In this document: positions 11,941 to 24,725 of the stretch, piece by piece
How positions within the stretch are numbered: position 1 is the first letter of the stretch
Layout: each line of letters opens with the position of its first letter
Source: Vicugna vicugna
Lineage: Eukaryota
Reading direction: 5' to 3'
Length of the DNA stretch: 64,000 nucleotides
NCBI GenBank assembly: GCA_013265495.1
Contig: MU058844.1
Coordinates: 10,810,184 to 10,874,183 of the forward strand
Program-made: the position numbers and the translations under genes
Notes under the pieces: generated by a model
What the model saw: the letters and a program-made list of their open reading frames with translations, nothing else
Told to the model about the DNA's origin: nothing
Database searches by the model: none

Positions 11941-12339
11941 TTTCTCCATAATTAATTTAATCTGACATCATCTTATCCACTCATTTTTTCCCTAACTTAT
12001 CCCAGGCAGATGTGTTGAAGGATTTGGGGAGAGAGCTCAGTGTTCCTTTCCTGGGCTCAAATGGACATATCTGACTTTGGCTTAAAATTTCAAGTTAATA
12101 CAGGGGTCTAGGACTTAAAATGCCTTGGAACACTGCTTCCTTATTCTTGAGCAATGCTTCCACTGCATGGAAAGAAAAACTGAAATCTGCAAAGTGCTGG
12201 AGCCCAGTGGATGCTCAATTGCTGCTTGCTGTTAAAGGACCGCATCATTCCATTCGCCCTCATAAAATCTTCATGACATTATGTTTTTAGACTGGAAATT
12301 TTAATACTATCTCGATGAATAAATGAACTATGTGTCCTC

Positions 12340-12545
12340 CAACATTTATGGACCATTGATTCTGGGCACAGTGCCAACTGTTTCAAATATGCTACATTAG
12401 TACGTTTTGCTTCACAATAATACCATGAAGTAGATTCCATTATTGGCTTCACTTTCTAGAGGAAAACCTTGACTCCTAGAGAGACTTTCACAGATTCAGG
12501 TCTGGTGAGTGGTGGTATCTGGATTGTTCTCCACCTGATCCCAAA
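12340..12545 (-). mobile_element. MIR fragment
   Basis: 'ttcacaataataccatgaagtagattccattattggcttcactttctagaggaaaacc'. Confidence 0.6.
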
Positions 12546-12799
12546 GCACCCCCTCCAAGCAACTATCCTCTTCTGCGCTTCTATGACATTCCACCCTTCA
12601 CTCCTCGACACTTCACTCCTTGACAAACTTTGGTTTCTGTTATTGTTAGACGGTTTATCTGTGAAATCTTCCACTAAAACTGATTTTGTCTAATAAAAAT
12701 AGCATTGCAGAGGGTGTTCACTTGCCTGAATAAACAGATGCTGACATCTGTGCACGAAGATACTCCTTCAGAATCGAATGTTACATACAGCTAAAGCCT

Positions 12800-13570
12800 C
12801 TCCCTTCCTTGTCCCCTCCCTTCTTTCTGAGCTGTAGTCAATTCCCTGAAGCTGGTAGATAGATGTGTAATTTTTACATTTGATAAAATATGGATATCTA
12901 TGTAAATATACATGTTATTTTCTAGGTTTAAAATTTATGTAAACTTTCTAAAATACATGCATTTCTTACATTGAATACATTTTTACACGTTCAAATCATT
13001 TAATTGTTTTAAAATTCAACTTGGTTTTTCAAAATCACTCTGGCTATGGCAATTTATTCAGGTCAAAGCACATGGATTTGTAGTTCACTTGTTTTCATTT
13101 GGTTCATGATCCTCCTGTGTGAACAAAGTTTCTCCATTTCCTTAGTGAAGAATAATTGAGTTGTTGCTATGTTTCACTCTTATAAAGGGAGCAGACCCGA
13201 GCATCCTTGTACGTAAGTCCTGGTGGAAATAGGCCAAAGTTTCACTAGGGAGTCCACCTCATAGGAAAACTGGTGAGTCAGAGCTCATGAGCACAATCAA
13301 GGTCAGCAGGTGCCTGAAGGCGCTCTCCTGTGTGGTGGTACTGATTCCTACTCCAACCAGCGATGTCTATTAGGTCTTCCCTTTCCACATCTGCATTGCC
13401 AGTTTGGTATAAGATTAATTTGGGTCAGTCTCTCTTAATTAATATTTGAGATGTTATTAGTGAGCGTAAGCATCTTGTGATATATTTATTGGCATTCTCA
13501 GTTTTTTCTCAGTGAAATGTCTACTCTTTTGCCCATTTTTCTTCTAGGCTGTTTGACTTTTTCAGATATA
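12800..13570 (-). mobile_element. Old L1 (L1M/L1ME-type) 3' region, highly diverged
   Basis: 'tgtactgattcctactccaaccagcgatg'-like segment, then 'tttccacatctgc' and 'tattagtgagcgtaagcatcttgtgatatatttattggcattct...tttgcccatttttct'. Confidence 0.7.
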
Positions 13571-14635
13571 TTTTCTTCATTTTGCCTTGTCCTTTCACTT
13601 TTAGTTTCTTTTTATATAAATTTCTACCCTGGTAGAGGCATCCTGAATAATCAATTTCTTTACAGTTTTTGCCTTTTTGTTTGTTTCATGATTAAAAAAT
13701 CCTTCTTTCACCTGGAAGGGGCTCAAGACCTGGGGAGACTGGTAGACCCAACTGGTCGATCCAGCAGGAAATACTCTTGTGGGCAGCCTTTGCTCATCCA
13801 CCTCTCAAGCCAGATTCCCACTAGAATCTACCACATTCACGGGGGGCGTCCCTTCACGCCTCTCCCCCACTGGTTCCTGCCTCTTCCTTGGTTCATGAAT
13901 CAAACATTCCAGCAATTCCTCTTTCTTTCAAGACCCCAGCAGCCCATGGAACCAAGGTAGCTGCTTGGGTCAGATACAGTAGCAGCAAGGGGAGTAGAGA
14001 TATATTCTGGTTACCATCTTCCCATAATTCCTCAGTAGTTAATCTCTGTCATTGAGCACTTATTCTAAGATGTGTGTTCATATGTGTAATATTTTTTACT
14101 TGTCTTCCCAGAATTCCCTAGTAGTGATTCTCTATCACTGCATGAATGGTTTTTTTATGAGGTACACATTTGTGTGTATGTTACTCTTGCTCTTTTGCTG
14201 TCTGACTTCTGCTCTGTTCTGTCAGTTCCTCGAGGATAGAAACCACATGTGTTCACAGTTACCTACTGGCACTTCTGGGATAGAGCAGCAGCATTGTACA
14301 AAAATTTATGTTAACTGAATTAATACATGAGGGGTTGGATTTCCCTGCAATATCTGGAAGGGTGCTACTCTCTGATGCTAACTGAGGCTACTCCTTGCAG
14401 CCTGTTGACCTGAAGATGGATTTATAACCCTTTGTGAAAAGTGATAAACCAAAAAGTACACATATCTGGATAAAAGGCCATGTGGCTTCCACTCGTAGGT
14501 AGTGTGTACAGAAGGGTCAAACTTCCACTCCTCCAAAATCTACCTTGAATCTCCACCACTATTCCAATATAAGAGTATTTGAGGCCCAATTTACTGCACT
14601 ATTTGTTTTGGCCACAACAATTTCAGTAAGAAAAA

Positions 14636-14824
14636 TTTTTATTTTAATTTTTTTTAAATTAAAAAAATTTTTTTAATTGAAGTATAGTCACTTTCAGCGT
14701 AACTTTAATTTCTCATGTACAGCATAGTGATTCAGTTATACATATATATATTCCTTTTCACATTGTTTTTCATTACACACCATTATAAGATACTGAATAT
14801 AGTTCCCTGTGCTATACAGTAGGA
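14636..14824 (-). mobile_element. L1 3' UTR (laurasiatherian/cetartiodactyl type)
   Basis: 'ttaattgaagtatagtca...tgtacagcatagtgattcagttatacat...tgaatatagttccctgtgctatacagtagga' with T-rich (reverse polyA) head. Confidence 0.9.
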
Positions 14825-14839
14825 AATATTTTAATGGCA

Positions 14840-14920
14840 ATGTATACCCTACTTCTATTTTGTAGAGAAAATTGAGATACAAAGAAACTAAGGTTTTAGG
14901 TCACATAATCAGTCAGCTAT
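14840..14920 (-). mobile_element. MIR fragment
   Basis: 'ctattttgtagagaaaattgagatacaaagaaactaagg...ggtcacataatcagt'. Confidence 0.55.
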
Positions 14921-17689
14921 GGTGTAAGACGATACCAAGCTTATAATGACAAACACTCTTTTATAATGAGATGAATCAAATGATAAAGCGGTCACTTGTG
15001 AGCTTAGAAGCTCCCTAGGAAAGATGGCGGAAGTACTTGAATATGCTACATCAGAGAAACAAATTACAAAAGGTAATCTATAGTTTGATAGGAAGAAGAA
15101 AGTGTGGAACAAAGAGAGCAATCAGGACCAATTACCGGATACAGGAGAGGAGCCCACATTCGTAATATGGATGAAAAGTGAATTTGTGAGGCGTAACATT
15201 GTCCATGTTGCACTGTATAGGTAAAAATGTAGTCATATGTTTTTTTAATTTTACTTTGTTACAGATTTTTATATACAAGCTTTACAATGTTTATAGCTAT
15301 GTGGTCTTCCCTGGAAGGGGAGCAGAAATAAGGGGTAGGCTGTGCTGGGTCATATGTACAGGTTTGCACAAACACATACACACAGATACGCATACACTTG
15401 ATTGCTTTTGATATGATATATAGCTCTTCCAATCTCTCCCTCTCTTTTTTTTAATCTTCTCAGTCCCAAACTTTGTCAGTTCCACTACAGACCTATTCCT
15501 ACACACTTGGACTCCTCACCATCCAAACATACAGCTCTACTAGCTAAATAGCTTTGTAGCATGATTCCACATCCCCCATGCAGTTTTAGTCACTTTGCCT
15601 TCAATCTGCTCTTATCATTAAGCTACAGCCTGGCCATAGACACTTTCTAGCTTCATGTCAATTCCCTGACCCATCTGTTTTCTTAGACTATTGTGACAAA
15701 CTATTGACAGTGGAAGTGACCAACTCAATTAGGCTAACAGCATCCTTGTGGCTGCTAGGTTGTCCCCCTGGAGCTATGGCAACCAAGTGGAAGGCTTGAG
15801 TGGCCATGTTAAGATCCCAATGTCTTTAAGATAATAGAGTCAAAGTATTGCCCGGTGTTCTTGCTGCTCATTTATGTGGGAGCCAGTAAGTCTTTCTCCT
15901 TCACTCTCCACTTGTGAAATTTAGCCTTTGAAACTTATATATATATATTCAACCGCACCATCTTTTTCTTGTGATTTGTTTTGTCTTAAAGATCAAGGGC
16001 ATTGTATTTATATGTACATTCACCAGCATCAGTTATGTATGATTTCTTTGAGATACAGATTTAGGCAACATAGTTTTAGTGCAGTGAATGGCATCTCTTT
16101 GTTTCACAGTAGAAAATTTTCTAGCTCTCCTTGGAATTGAGGGTTAATTAATTAATAATCATTACATTTGTTTCTCCTAGGTGCCAAATCATTTGGATAG
16201 AAAAAGAAATGCTTAGTCAGTCATGTTAAGTTTAGTGATTGTCAAACATCCAGATGTCCCAAGATAACCAGATGTTTGGTACAATGTAAAAAGAAATAAA
16301 TAATTTGCAGCATTTTGGTTCAAAAACAATGATGTTATATAAATGGGTAAATATCTATATACTAAATCCTCAGTCTGGTCTTCTATAGGACCTAAGAATA
16401 TAATATTAAATTTAAAATGAGTATCATTGACATGCTTGACCTCATTCAAAGAGCAGGGGATTTATTTTTGAAGTGGAGGTTTTCTTTTGGAGCAATGACT
16501 CACCTATGAGGAATAGAAAATACTGTCCTGTGAATTTAAGGTTCTCTTCATAACAATCAGCTAACTAAAAGTACTGATCTTGTTTTTAAGATACTCTTTT
16601 TGAGTCAGCAAAGAGGACAGATGGCCCATTTTTCATGTCTGTGGATCTGTTTAATGTTAACAGCAGTCAGTACAACCTTAAGACGCAAAGTCTGTTTTAT
16701 CACTTTAGTGTGTTTCATTGCAGTATGTCAACAGCAAATAGTTCTTGGAAATTATTACGGCGTTTCAAAAGAATAAGGTTATTTATGCTTATGTTTATAA
16801 CATAACATACATTCTCCACAGTTTCTGTAGCTGATAGGGAATATGGCTATACTTAAAAACAAATTCGAATTCAGTTTGAATTCAAGCAGACTCAAATATC
16901 TGAAAATGTCATTTCTACGACCATACTCTGATACATTAATTGTATTTGATGTATTGATATATAAAATATCTAGGTAGTCAACTCAGATAACACATGGTTC
17001 CCAATTTCAATGAGATGGTAATCTGTATTTGTGGGAATTTAAATTTTACCTAGATAACATTTCCTATTCTACATTTGAGAAAATAATCCCACAAATACAT
17101 GCCAGTCATCTTATAAAGCTCTAAGGTTTTTACAGCCTGGACCAGGGCCTTTGATAAATCGAATACTCCATACATCATAGGAGCCATTTAAATCACTGTC
17201 TTTAATATGGATTATACATCAAAATACAAATGATTACTCTATTAATCTCTGCCACGGGGAGAGGTTAAAATCAGTCGGAACAGCCTTCTCCTGTTCTTTA
17301 CAGCCTGTGACAATAGTTTCTATACTAGTCTTACTTCTTTTCCACTGTGATTTTTATGTTCAATAGTCTCTATTCATTCTTTCTTTCCCTCCCAAACACC
17401 CTAAATCAGAAGTGTTACAGGTGCTGGAGATTCTGGGTTGTAGCCTACATCATTCCCTTGTCAGAAAAGAATTTTTAGGTGGATCTTGTGCATTCTTTTA
17501 ATTCATGTGACTTTTTCATTCTACCCCTTAGTATAGCTGAGTTTACTTATCACTGACCATTGAGCATCACTGACTGTTCATGAAGTTGTACCATGTGGTT
17601 TAAGTATCCATTAGCATCTAGGGGCAAGCTAGTACACATCAGACCTCTGTGAAAATCTAAACTAGGAAACAACTCCCCTCTCTTGTTCC

Positions 17690-17860
17690 CTGTATATTTG
17701 TGTGTGTGTGTGTACTTATTTATTTATTTGTATATGTATACGTGGCAATTACGTATAATTATATCATGTATTTATATAACATAATGTATAATTTATATGA
17801 TTATGCAATACATAATTATATTATATATAATTATATATAAAAGCCATTATATAATATACT
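17690..17860. repeat. (TG)n followed by TA-rich low complexity
   Basis: Seen directly in sequence. Confidence 0.85.
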
Positions 17861-19779
17861 TCTGGAAAAGGATTCTGGCATAAAATAGAATCTTACAGAA
17901 TATTTCATCCTTCAAAAAGTAGCCTCAAATGATGGTCGAGGCGTTAAGTTAGTGCCCAGTAAGTAAAAAAAAAAAAAAGAGGGTAAAGTTAATCTGATGA
18001 TTCTATTCATAGCTTATGGCAATCTTAGAAAAAATTCTTTCACAGGAAGCAACAGTCTTCACAATGCTTAATTTTAGTTTTAGAAAATTTTACTCTGTTC
18101 TTCCTAACACACACATTTGTACAGAAATATTTCAGAAAATGAATCAGAAAAGAAAATGAAGAGTACTTTTTAATAATTTGAAATTTAAATGCCAAAAAAG
18201 AGCAGAAGACAGCATGTAATTTTTAAAATAAGCATTTTATTTCTAAAAGGGCCAGAAAGATTGAAATGCTAATACTGAATGGCCCAGTGCTTATTTTTAA
18301 TCAGCTTTTTAAAGTCCTCTTCAGCTAACAAGCAAAAAGTACATAAAGCTCTTGTCAAAGTTTATGTCTTTATCCAAATAATTCATCTTTATCCTTGTAA
18401 ACACTGCATGATCAACCACCCCAACACGTCATTTAACGCCATTTTATTTAAAAAAGAGGAATATTCATAAACAGTCTCAATTACTTTCCCATTGAATGCC
18501 CAAGTCAACCATGAATGATTCAAAAATTATGTAATTTCCCTTCCTATTTGGAAACATCAGATGGGGTCAGACTGCCATTTCATCAACAAGAGGCTATGGA
18601 AAGAGAAATGGACAAAAGTCTGGAAACTGGAAAGCAGACACATCTGTTTGGTCATGTGGGTATTGCATCCAATAGTATGATTTGGCTGCAGTCATGAAAG
18701 AACAAGCAGTAGTTTGAAGTCAAAATTAGCTCAATGGCAGTGCTGTGTCTTTCAGATCAAGAGCCCCTCCCTAGAAGGAATGTGCCAATGTGTGTGAATG
18801 AATATCTTCTTGCACTTTAGAGGTGGGGCTGGCGAGATCCGGTGGGGCCAAGGGTTTGTCTAAGGGAGCTCGGATCTTGAAGCAGAAACTCTATGATAGG
18901 TCAGTGCAGTGGCTGGAGCTGGGCAACAAAGGCGGGGCTAGAACTTGCTGGGACTACTGGGAAGACACTCCAGGCCCTACGCACTGCTGGGCTGAGGCAG
19001 TAAAGCATCTGACCTTCGTCAGGTTTGACTCAGGAATTGACGAGGGTGGGTCAGGCAAGTGAGAGAAAGGAGAAGAAAAACCCACCAGTGAACTATTTAC
19101 ACTGATAGAGAAAATTTAAAAATTGTCTCAATTAATTAAAAAAAAAAACACACAACCATTCCAATTATTTGGGATCTCCCAGACAATGTGACCGGATGAC
19201 TCTTCATTTTCAAATAAGCTCTTTAAACATTACTAATTTGTAGCCAACCCTGGAGAATGAGCTTTATGATACAAATATTTCTCACACTTAATAGTCTCAT
19301 ACATGGACTCACATGGAATGTTTGACACAGTACCCACTACGGAAAAACAAAACCAAGGAATAGGAATCACCATTATGTTTCATCCGATCAGCTTAGTTTT
19401 GAAAAATCTAAAACCATGGATGTACCCACCTCCAAAGAAAGCAGTAAGGAATTAACAGAAAGCACAAAGGTGACGACATATAGAATGTCACGGTACTTCT
19501 TCTCAGGAGATTTTAGTTCTCTCTCTATTCTTAAAGCAGATATGGTTTGTGACTTACAATCATCCAGTCTATATTTATCTCTAATTTGTATACTTGCCCC
19601 TTCTTATGATTTTCTAAAAAGATGAGCATAGGATGAAGACGATAGAAATCCTGATACAGTAAAATCATGCCTGGCATCACTGTCATTCTCTCAGACTCCA
19701 TAGACTTGTTTTATAAAGAGGAGAGGCTCTGTCAAATGTGATGAATAGTGGCATCACGGACCGCAGAGGAGGAGATGAC

Positions 19780-19900
19780 TTTGGAGATCAAATAGCCAAC
19801 ATCCTTCTTTTACAAATGAGGAAAGTAAGAGTTGAGGATTAAGTTCACAGAACTAATAGTAGAAATTTTAGATCTAGAACATAAATATTAAAGCATCAGA
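19780..19900 (-). mobile_element. MIR fragment
   Basis: 'ttttacaaatgaggaaagtaaga...aagttcacagaactaatagtagaa'. Confidence 0.6.
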
Positions 19901-21699
19901 AGCACTTCCCCGCAGCAAAAAGACAGCTAGGTGTTTCATCTTGAGACCTAGTTCAACATGGCTCTGTTTACTTACATGGGGAAAGGTTCTTTGGCTAAGC
20001 TCTGCATCAGACTTCAGAGACAGAGACCTGCTGGGAAGAAAGAGCTAAATGGCTGCCAGAGCCAGACAGAAAAGCCTGCTTGGACCAGCACACAGAGGAG
20101 AAGTTCTAGTGGGTATAAGGAGAGAAACTCAAGAGATGTAACAGAGCTAGAGAGTGAGTCTGTAGACCAAAAAGAGAAATTCATTATGAAATTCAGAAGC
20201 CTTGGTGATTTTGGCCAGGGAGCACAAGATTGGGTGAATTGAGAGGGAGGAAGTCATGTTATCTCTTTTGTAAGAGTATGATTAGAAATGTTTCAGTTAC
20301 AGTTCTAGGTCCCGCAAATATAGGGCTCTTGTAGTGCTTGGTTCTGAAAGTACATACCAATTTGTATAGGGTGAGTACCTCTAATTAGTGATCCTTGAGA
20401 TGTAAGATCTTTATAACATTTGTGATTTGAGGGTTTAGAGTAAAGTATAATAGTGGTTTCGGTCTTACTCTCACTGGGCAAAGCAAGAAATAAGAAGCAA
20501 TATCCAACCAGTTCCATTCCTGGCCACAAGGGGGGAGCTGAGCTTATGCCCAAGTGTCCTGGCCATGCCCAGTCCAATGAGGACAGACCTCTGGAAGCAC
20601 GTGCATGAATTGAGTTTGAGAGCACACTCAGAGCGGAACCCACATGCTGGGACTCAGGAAGTTCAGTCTATTCGGCAAACCATGGCCTATGTCAGGAAGC
20701 ATGGCAATGGCAGGACACACGTTCAAGTCAAAGGTCAAGAATAGGAGTCTGAGAAGTGAATTTGGGATGTCTCGGCTCATGAGTGAGCAGAACTCATCAA
20801 TGAAGAATGACTAATGGTATGACCTTTGATTCTGAAAATTGTTTACCACCAGGTAAAGTGATTGCAACAGCCAGGCGAGAGGTCACAGAACAGGTGGGCT
20901 TTAGAAGCATGAATAACAAGAGAAGGGTTGAGTTTCAGGTTTCTGGGGGCTGTCATACTGGGAAGCTACCAAGTCGGAGAGTAAGGCACAAGGACAGAGG
21001 CAGACCCTGAACACAAATGCTGTACAAGTGTCCCGTGGATCTAGAGAGACTTAAATTCCTGATGTTGAAAATGGGGAGCAGTGCTGAATCCACATGTTGG
21101 GGCCACACAGACAGCACAGGGCAGGACACAGTGTCAAGTGGTTTTCAAAACAATGAATGAGATGAACAAATCTGGGCATGGGAGTCCCGAGACGGGGTGT
21201 TATTTTGAAGGTTAACCAATTGCTAGTAAACCCCCAGGATTTGATTAGAGGTTTCATTCAGTCACAATACTCCCCGTGTCTTGGTCTCTGCTACAAAATG
21301 CAAAATGTGCAGAACTGTAACATACTTATGGAATACAAACACATTATTATTTATAGATGGAAGCTAATGACTGTAATGAAAGTGGAGCATTTTAGTTAAA
21401 TAAGCAAATAATCAAAATTGACAACACACGGGTAAATAAAGCCCAGATTAATTAAGTTGCTCAGTATTTTTCCTTGTGGCAGACATCACTTTGTGTTGTG
21501 GCCCTCTCTCTCTCCGTATATACATCTTACGCATAGACAGACACACACACACACGCATTTGCAAAGAGGCAGTGATAAAGAAACAAAGACAGAGATGGAC
21601 AGGCACACAACTACATGTAATATTTTGAGTATGCCAAAGAATTAATTAGGGCTCATAGTACATTCCGAAAGAGCAATGAAAATTTTGCTCTGCCTCTTG

Positions 21700-22450
21700 C
21701 TCCCTCTGTTCCAACACGCTGGGCTCTTGGATCCCTGGGAACCCTGCAATATTCCAGCCTCAGGAATTTTCACATACTGTCTTCTTAGCCAGGAAAGCTC
21801 TCCCCTAGGCAGTGGTGGGATTCACACCCTCACTCCCTTCAGATCTCTGCTCAAATGTCTCCTTCTTGGAGGGGCCCTCTAGCTGATATATATATATATA
21901 GGGCCGACCTTCTAGTCTTGCAGCATTTCTAAATCTCCTAAGCCTACTTTTTTTTTCTTCCCCCTTGGTATTTATCACTCATGGAATACTACTTTTTGTA
22001 GGTTTATTTTCTGTCTCCCTACTTTAGGATGGTCAGATTCAGCGACTAAAAAATCCAAGGCTCCCAGTTCAATTTGAATTGCAGATGAACATCAAAACAC
22101 TTTTACTATAAATGTGTCCTAAATATTGTATCAGACTAAAACTAAAATATTATTACTTGTTATTACTTAACACTGAAAACTTACTCATTGTATAATTACT
22201 GAAGTGTGTCCTAAATATTGCATTGAACATACTTTTACTACAAATGTATTCGTTGTTGACCTGAAATTCAAATTTAAGAGAGCATGCTGTATTTTTCTGA
22301 TGACACCTCTGCCCACCCCTCCCACCAAAAGAATTTCAGCCATTTGAGGGTGGGTAACTTACAACCCTGTATTTATTGCCAAATTCCCAATGCTCTGACC
22401 AGTGCCTGGTATAGAGCAGGCTCTCAATATACATTGGTTGAATGAATTGA
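21700..22450 (+). mobile_element. L2 3' region interrupted by a MER53-like element
   Basis: 'cctcactcccttcagatctctgctcaaatgtctcctt' before the insertion and 'agtgcctggtatagagcaggctctcaatatacattggttgaatgaat' after it. Confidence 0.85.
22025..22308. mobile_element. MER53-like palindromic MITE (hAT-related) with an expanded centre
   Basis: Arms 'taggatggtcagatt...cccagttcaatttgaattgcagatgaacatc' and 'cgttgttgacctgaaattcaaatttaagagagcatgctgtattt' are mutually complementary and match my recall of MER53. Confidence 0.75.
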
Positions 22451-23290
22451 TTTAATCATTCTATTTTCCTAAATTATCTATCCTATCCTGCCGTTCTCAT
22501 CCTAGTGAAATCTCTTACGGCCCATATTTATACAAATAAAGCATTTACAATAATAATATGCTCTTTAGTGTCATGACAAATATCTTCTTTCTGTGCAGTG
22601 TTCAGTAAATAGTTTGGGATTTGCAGAATACCGTATGTTTGTAACATTCAACTATAGTAAACAAAAAGTGGAAACTATTTTTATGGATTATTTGTACATT
22701 CTTAGGGACAGCAAGAAATGCAACTATTATAAAAAGTCCATTTTCAGGTAGGAAGTGCGTTATAAATGTAAATGCCTGTTACAGATAAAATTTGTCTTAT
22801 GTAAGTTGTCCTGCTTAAGTGTCATACTATTTTCAAAATTTCAAATTTTATCTTCAAATCACTGCCACTGAAGTTACTCCAGGAGGTGGCTTAGTGCCCT
22901 TCCTCAGTTGTAGGCAAGATTTCATCATCCCATTTCCTTAGTTTACCTATTTAAACAAGTCACCAGTGAAAGTGGTTCCACAGGGGCCATGATTGGTCAG
23001 TTTTAGAGAGCCTTGTTCTTTTTCATCCTGATCATTAATTGCTAATTAAATCTAGTTTATCTTTTTTTTTTTGTTCAGAGAAGAGCATCCTCTTCATATT
23101 TAAAGATGGAATAATAAATGCTACAGATAATAATGAAATACTGAGAACTGTATATATGTAAGTCCATACATAGAGTGATGAACTGCCAAAAAAATTGATG
23201 AATTATTTTATTGTCTGATTTTTCAACTGAACCATTATTATCTTTGAAACCAAGGAAGACAAGAATCCAGTGTTTTAAAAGAGTACCTAG

Positions 23291-23696
23291 TGTTGTGTGT
23301 TCAAGTCCTAACCCTGGTACCCATGGATGTGACCTTATTTGGGAATGGGGGCTTTGCGGATGTCATTAAGATGAGGTTATACTGCAGGAAGGTGGGACCT
23401 AAATCCAATACGACTGGTGTCCTGCTAGGAAGAGGAAAAGAGACAGAGGAAAGATGGTCACGTGAAGACAGGGGCAGAGGTGGGACTCATGCTGCACAAA
23501 GGAGAGCCCAGGGCTCCCAGGGGCTGGAAAAGGCAAGGGGGGCTCCTTCGCTAGAGAGTCTGCAGGAGGCAGGGCCCAGTGGACTCCTTGATTTTGGATT
23601 TCCAGCCTTCAGAACAGTGAAAAGAATAAATTCCTGTTGTTTTAAGCCATCCAAATTTTTGATAATTTGTTAAGGCAATCCTAGAAAAGAAATACA
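23291..23696 (+). mobile_element. MLT1 (ERVL-MaLR) solo LTR, MLT1B/C-like
   Basis: 'aagtcctaaccctggtacc...atgtgaccttatttgggaatgggg...aaatccaatacgactggtgtcct...ccagccttcagaacagtgaaaagaataaattcctgttgttttaagcca...aataca'; explains ORF 23290-23673. Confidence 0.92.
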
Positions 23697-23809
23697 GTAG
23701 GCATTTACTAAACATTCATGCTTTGGGATCCAGTTTTCCAGCCTAAAATATTTACTGTCCACAAGTGTAATTACTTTTTCCCTTGTACTCTGAGTGCAAA
23801 TATATTAGA

Positions 23810-23940
23810 GTTTGTTTCTCTCTCTTTCTCTCTTAGACTAAGCTTTTAAAGGGCAAGGTCCATTTCACTTACTATTTTAACTTCAGCGGTCAGAATAGTG
23901 TCTGGCCTAAAAGATGGTGTATAATGTGAATTAATCAGGA
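23810..23940 (+). mobile_element. L2 3' tail
   Basis: 'ttagactaagcttttaaagggcaaggtcc...cagaatagtgtctggc'. Confidence 0.65.
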
Positions 23941-24569
23941 AATTATTTTTTAAATAGTATTGATTTACAATGATTTCTCTACATTCAGCCCAATGATTAC
24001 TGAAGAAGAGTCTGTTGCTTTTCAATACCAACATGAAGTTGAACACAGACTGAATTTCTTCTATGTTTGTATTTTTCCAGTTAGCTTTCAGAGGTAGTAT
24101 CTTTTAAAAGGGGGGGTCACAATTTCAACTCACCTACAGCCTTTTGTCTATACATGCTCACTTACAAAAGGCAAAACTCTCTTCCTAGATTCAGACTGTG
24201 CTCTGAGGTGAACCTAGGTTTGAGGTCTCTAAGATAAGTTTATATTCACAAAGTTTAAAGAATTTTCTACCACTTGGAGGTGTGACCTATGTCAAATGTT
24301 GGCTAATTTAAACATTACCAAGCAGTTTCTAATCCAACTTTTTAGTTACATTTTCTGGAATAAAATCGAGCTTGGGGGAATAAAGGGGGAGAGTAAAACT
24401 GAAAAAGCTGTTAGTGACGAAAATAGGAATTAAAATAGAAGTGTAATCTCAAGTACAAGTATAGCCGCCAGCATAGGTTCTGCAAACCTTGCAGTAACGA
24501 GTGATGCCAAATTCCTAAAGTAAAATAAAAATTTTAAAAAGAAGTACAGCCCCAGTGATCGATGGGACT

Positions 24570-24725
24570 GAAAATCGTGAGGCTGAAAACTCTCACTGAC
24601 TTTCTTTGGCCTCGGGCCAATTACCTAGCCAAGAATTTCTTAACCTTAAATCGTCAGTAACAGCAAATTACCTCTCAGGGGTGTGGCTAGAATTTCTTGA
24701 AGCCTACAAAGCATTTTGAAGAAAA
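24570..24725 (+). mobile_element. MIR fragment
   Basis: 'ctcactgactttctttggcctcgggccaattacct...ttacctctcaggggtgtgg...aaagcattttgaa'. Confidence 0.5.

Noticed and set aside
13517..13960. 147-aa ORF, the longest in the window
   Set aside because: Starts in an antisense old L1 remnant with T-rich hydrophobic bias; no recognisable domain
23290..23673. 127-aa ORF
   Set aside because: Coincides with an MLT1 LTR
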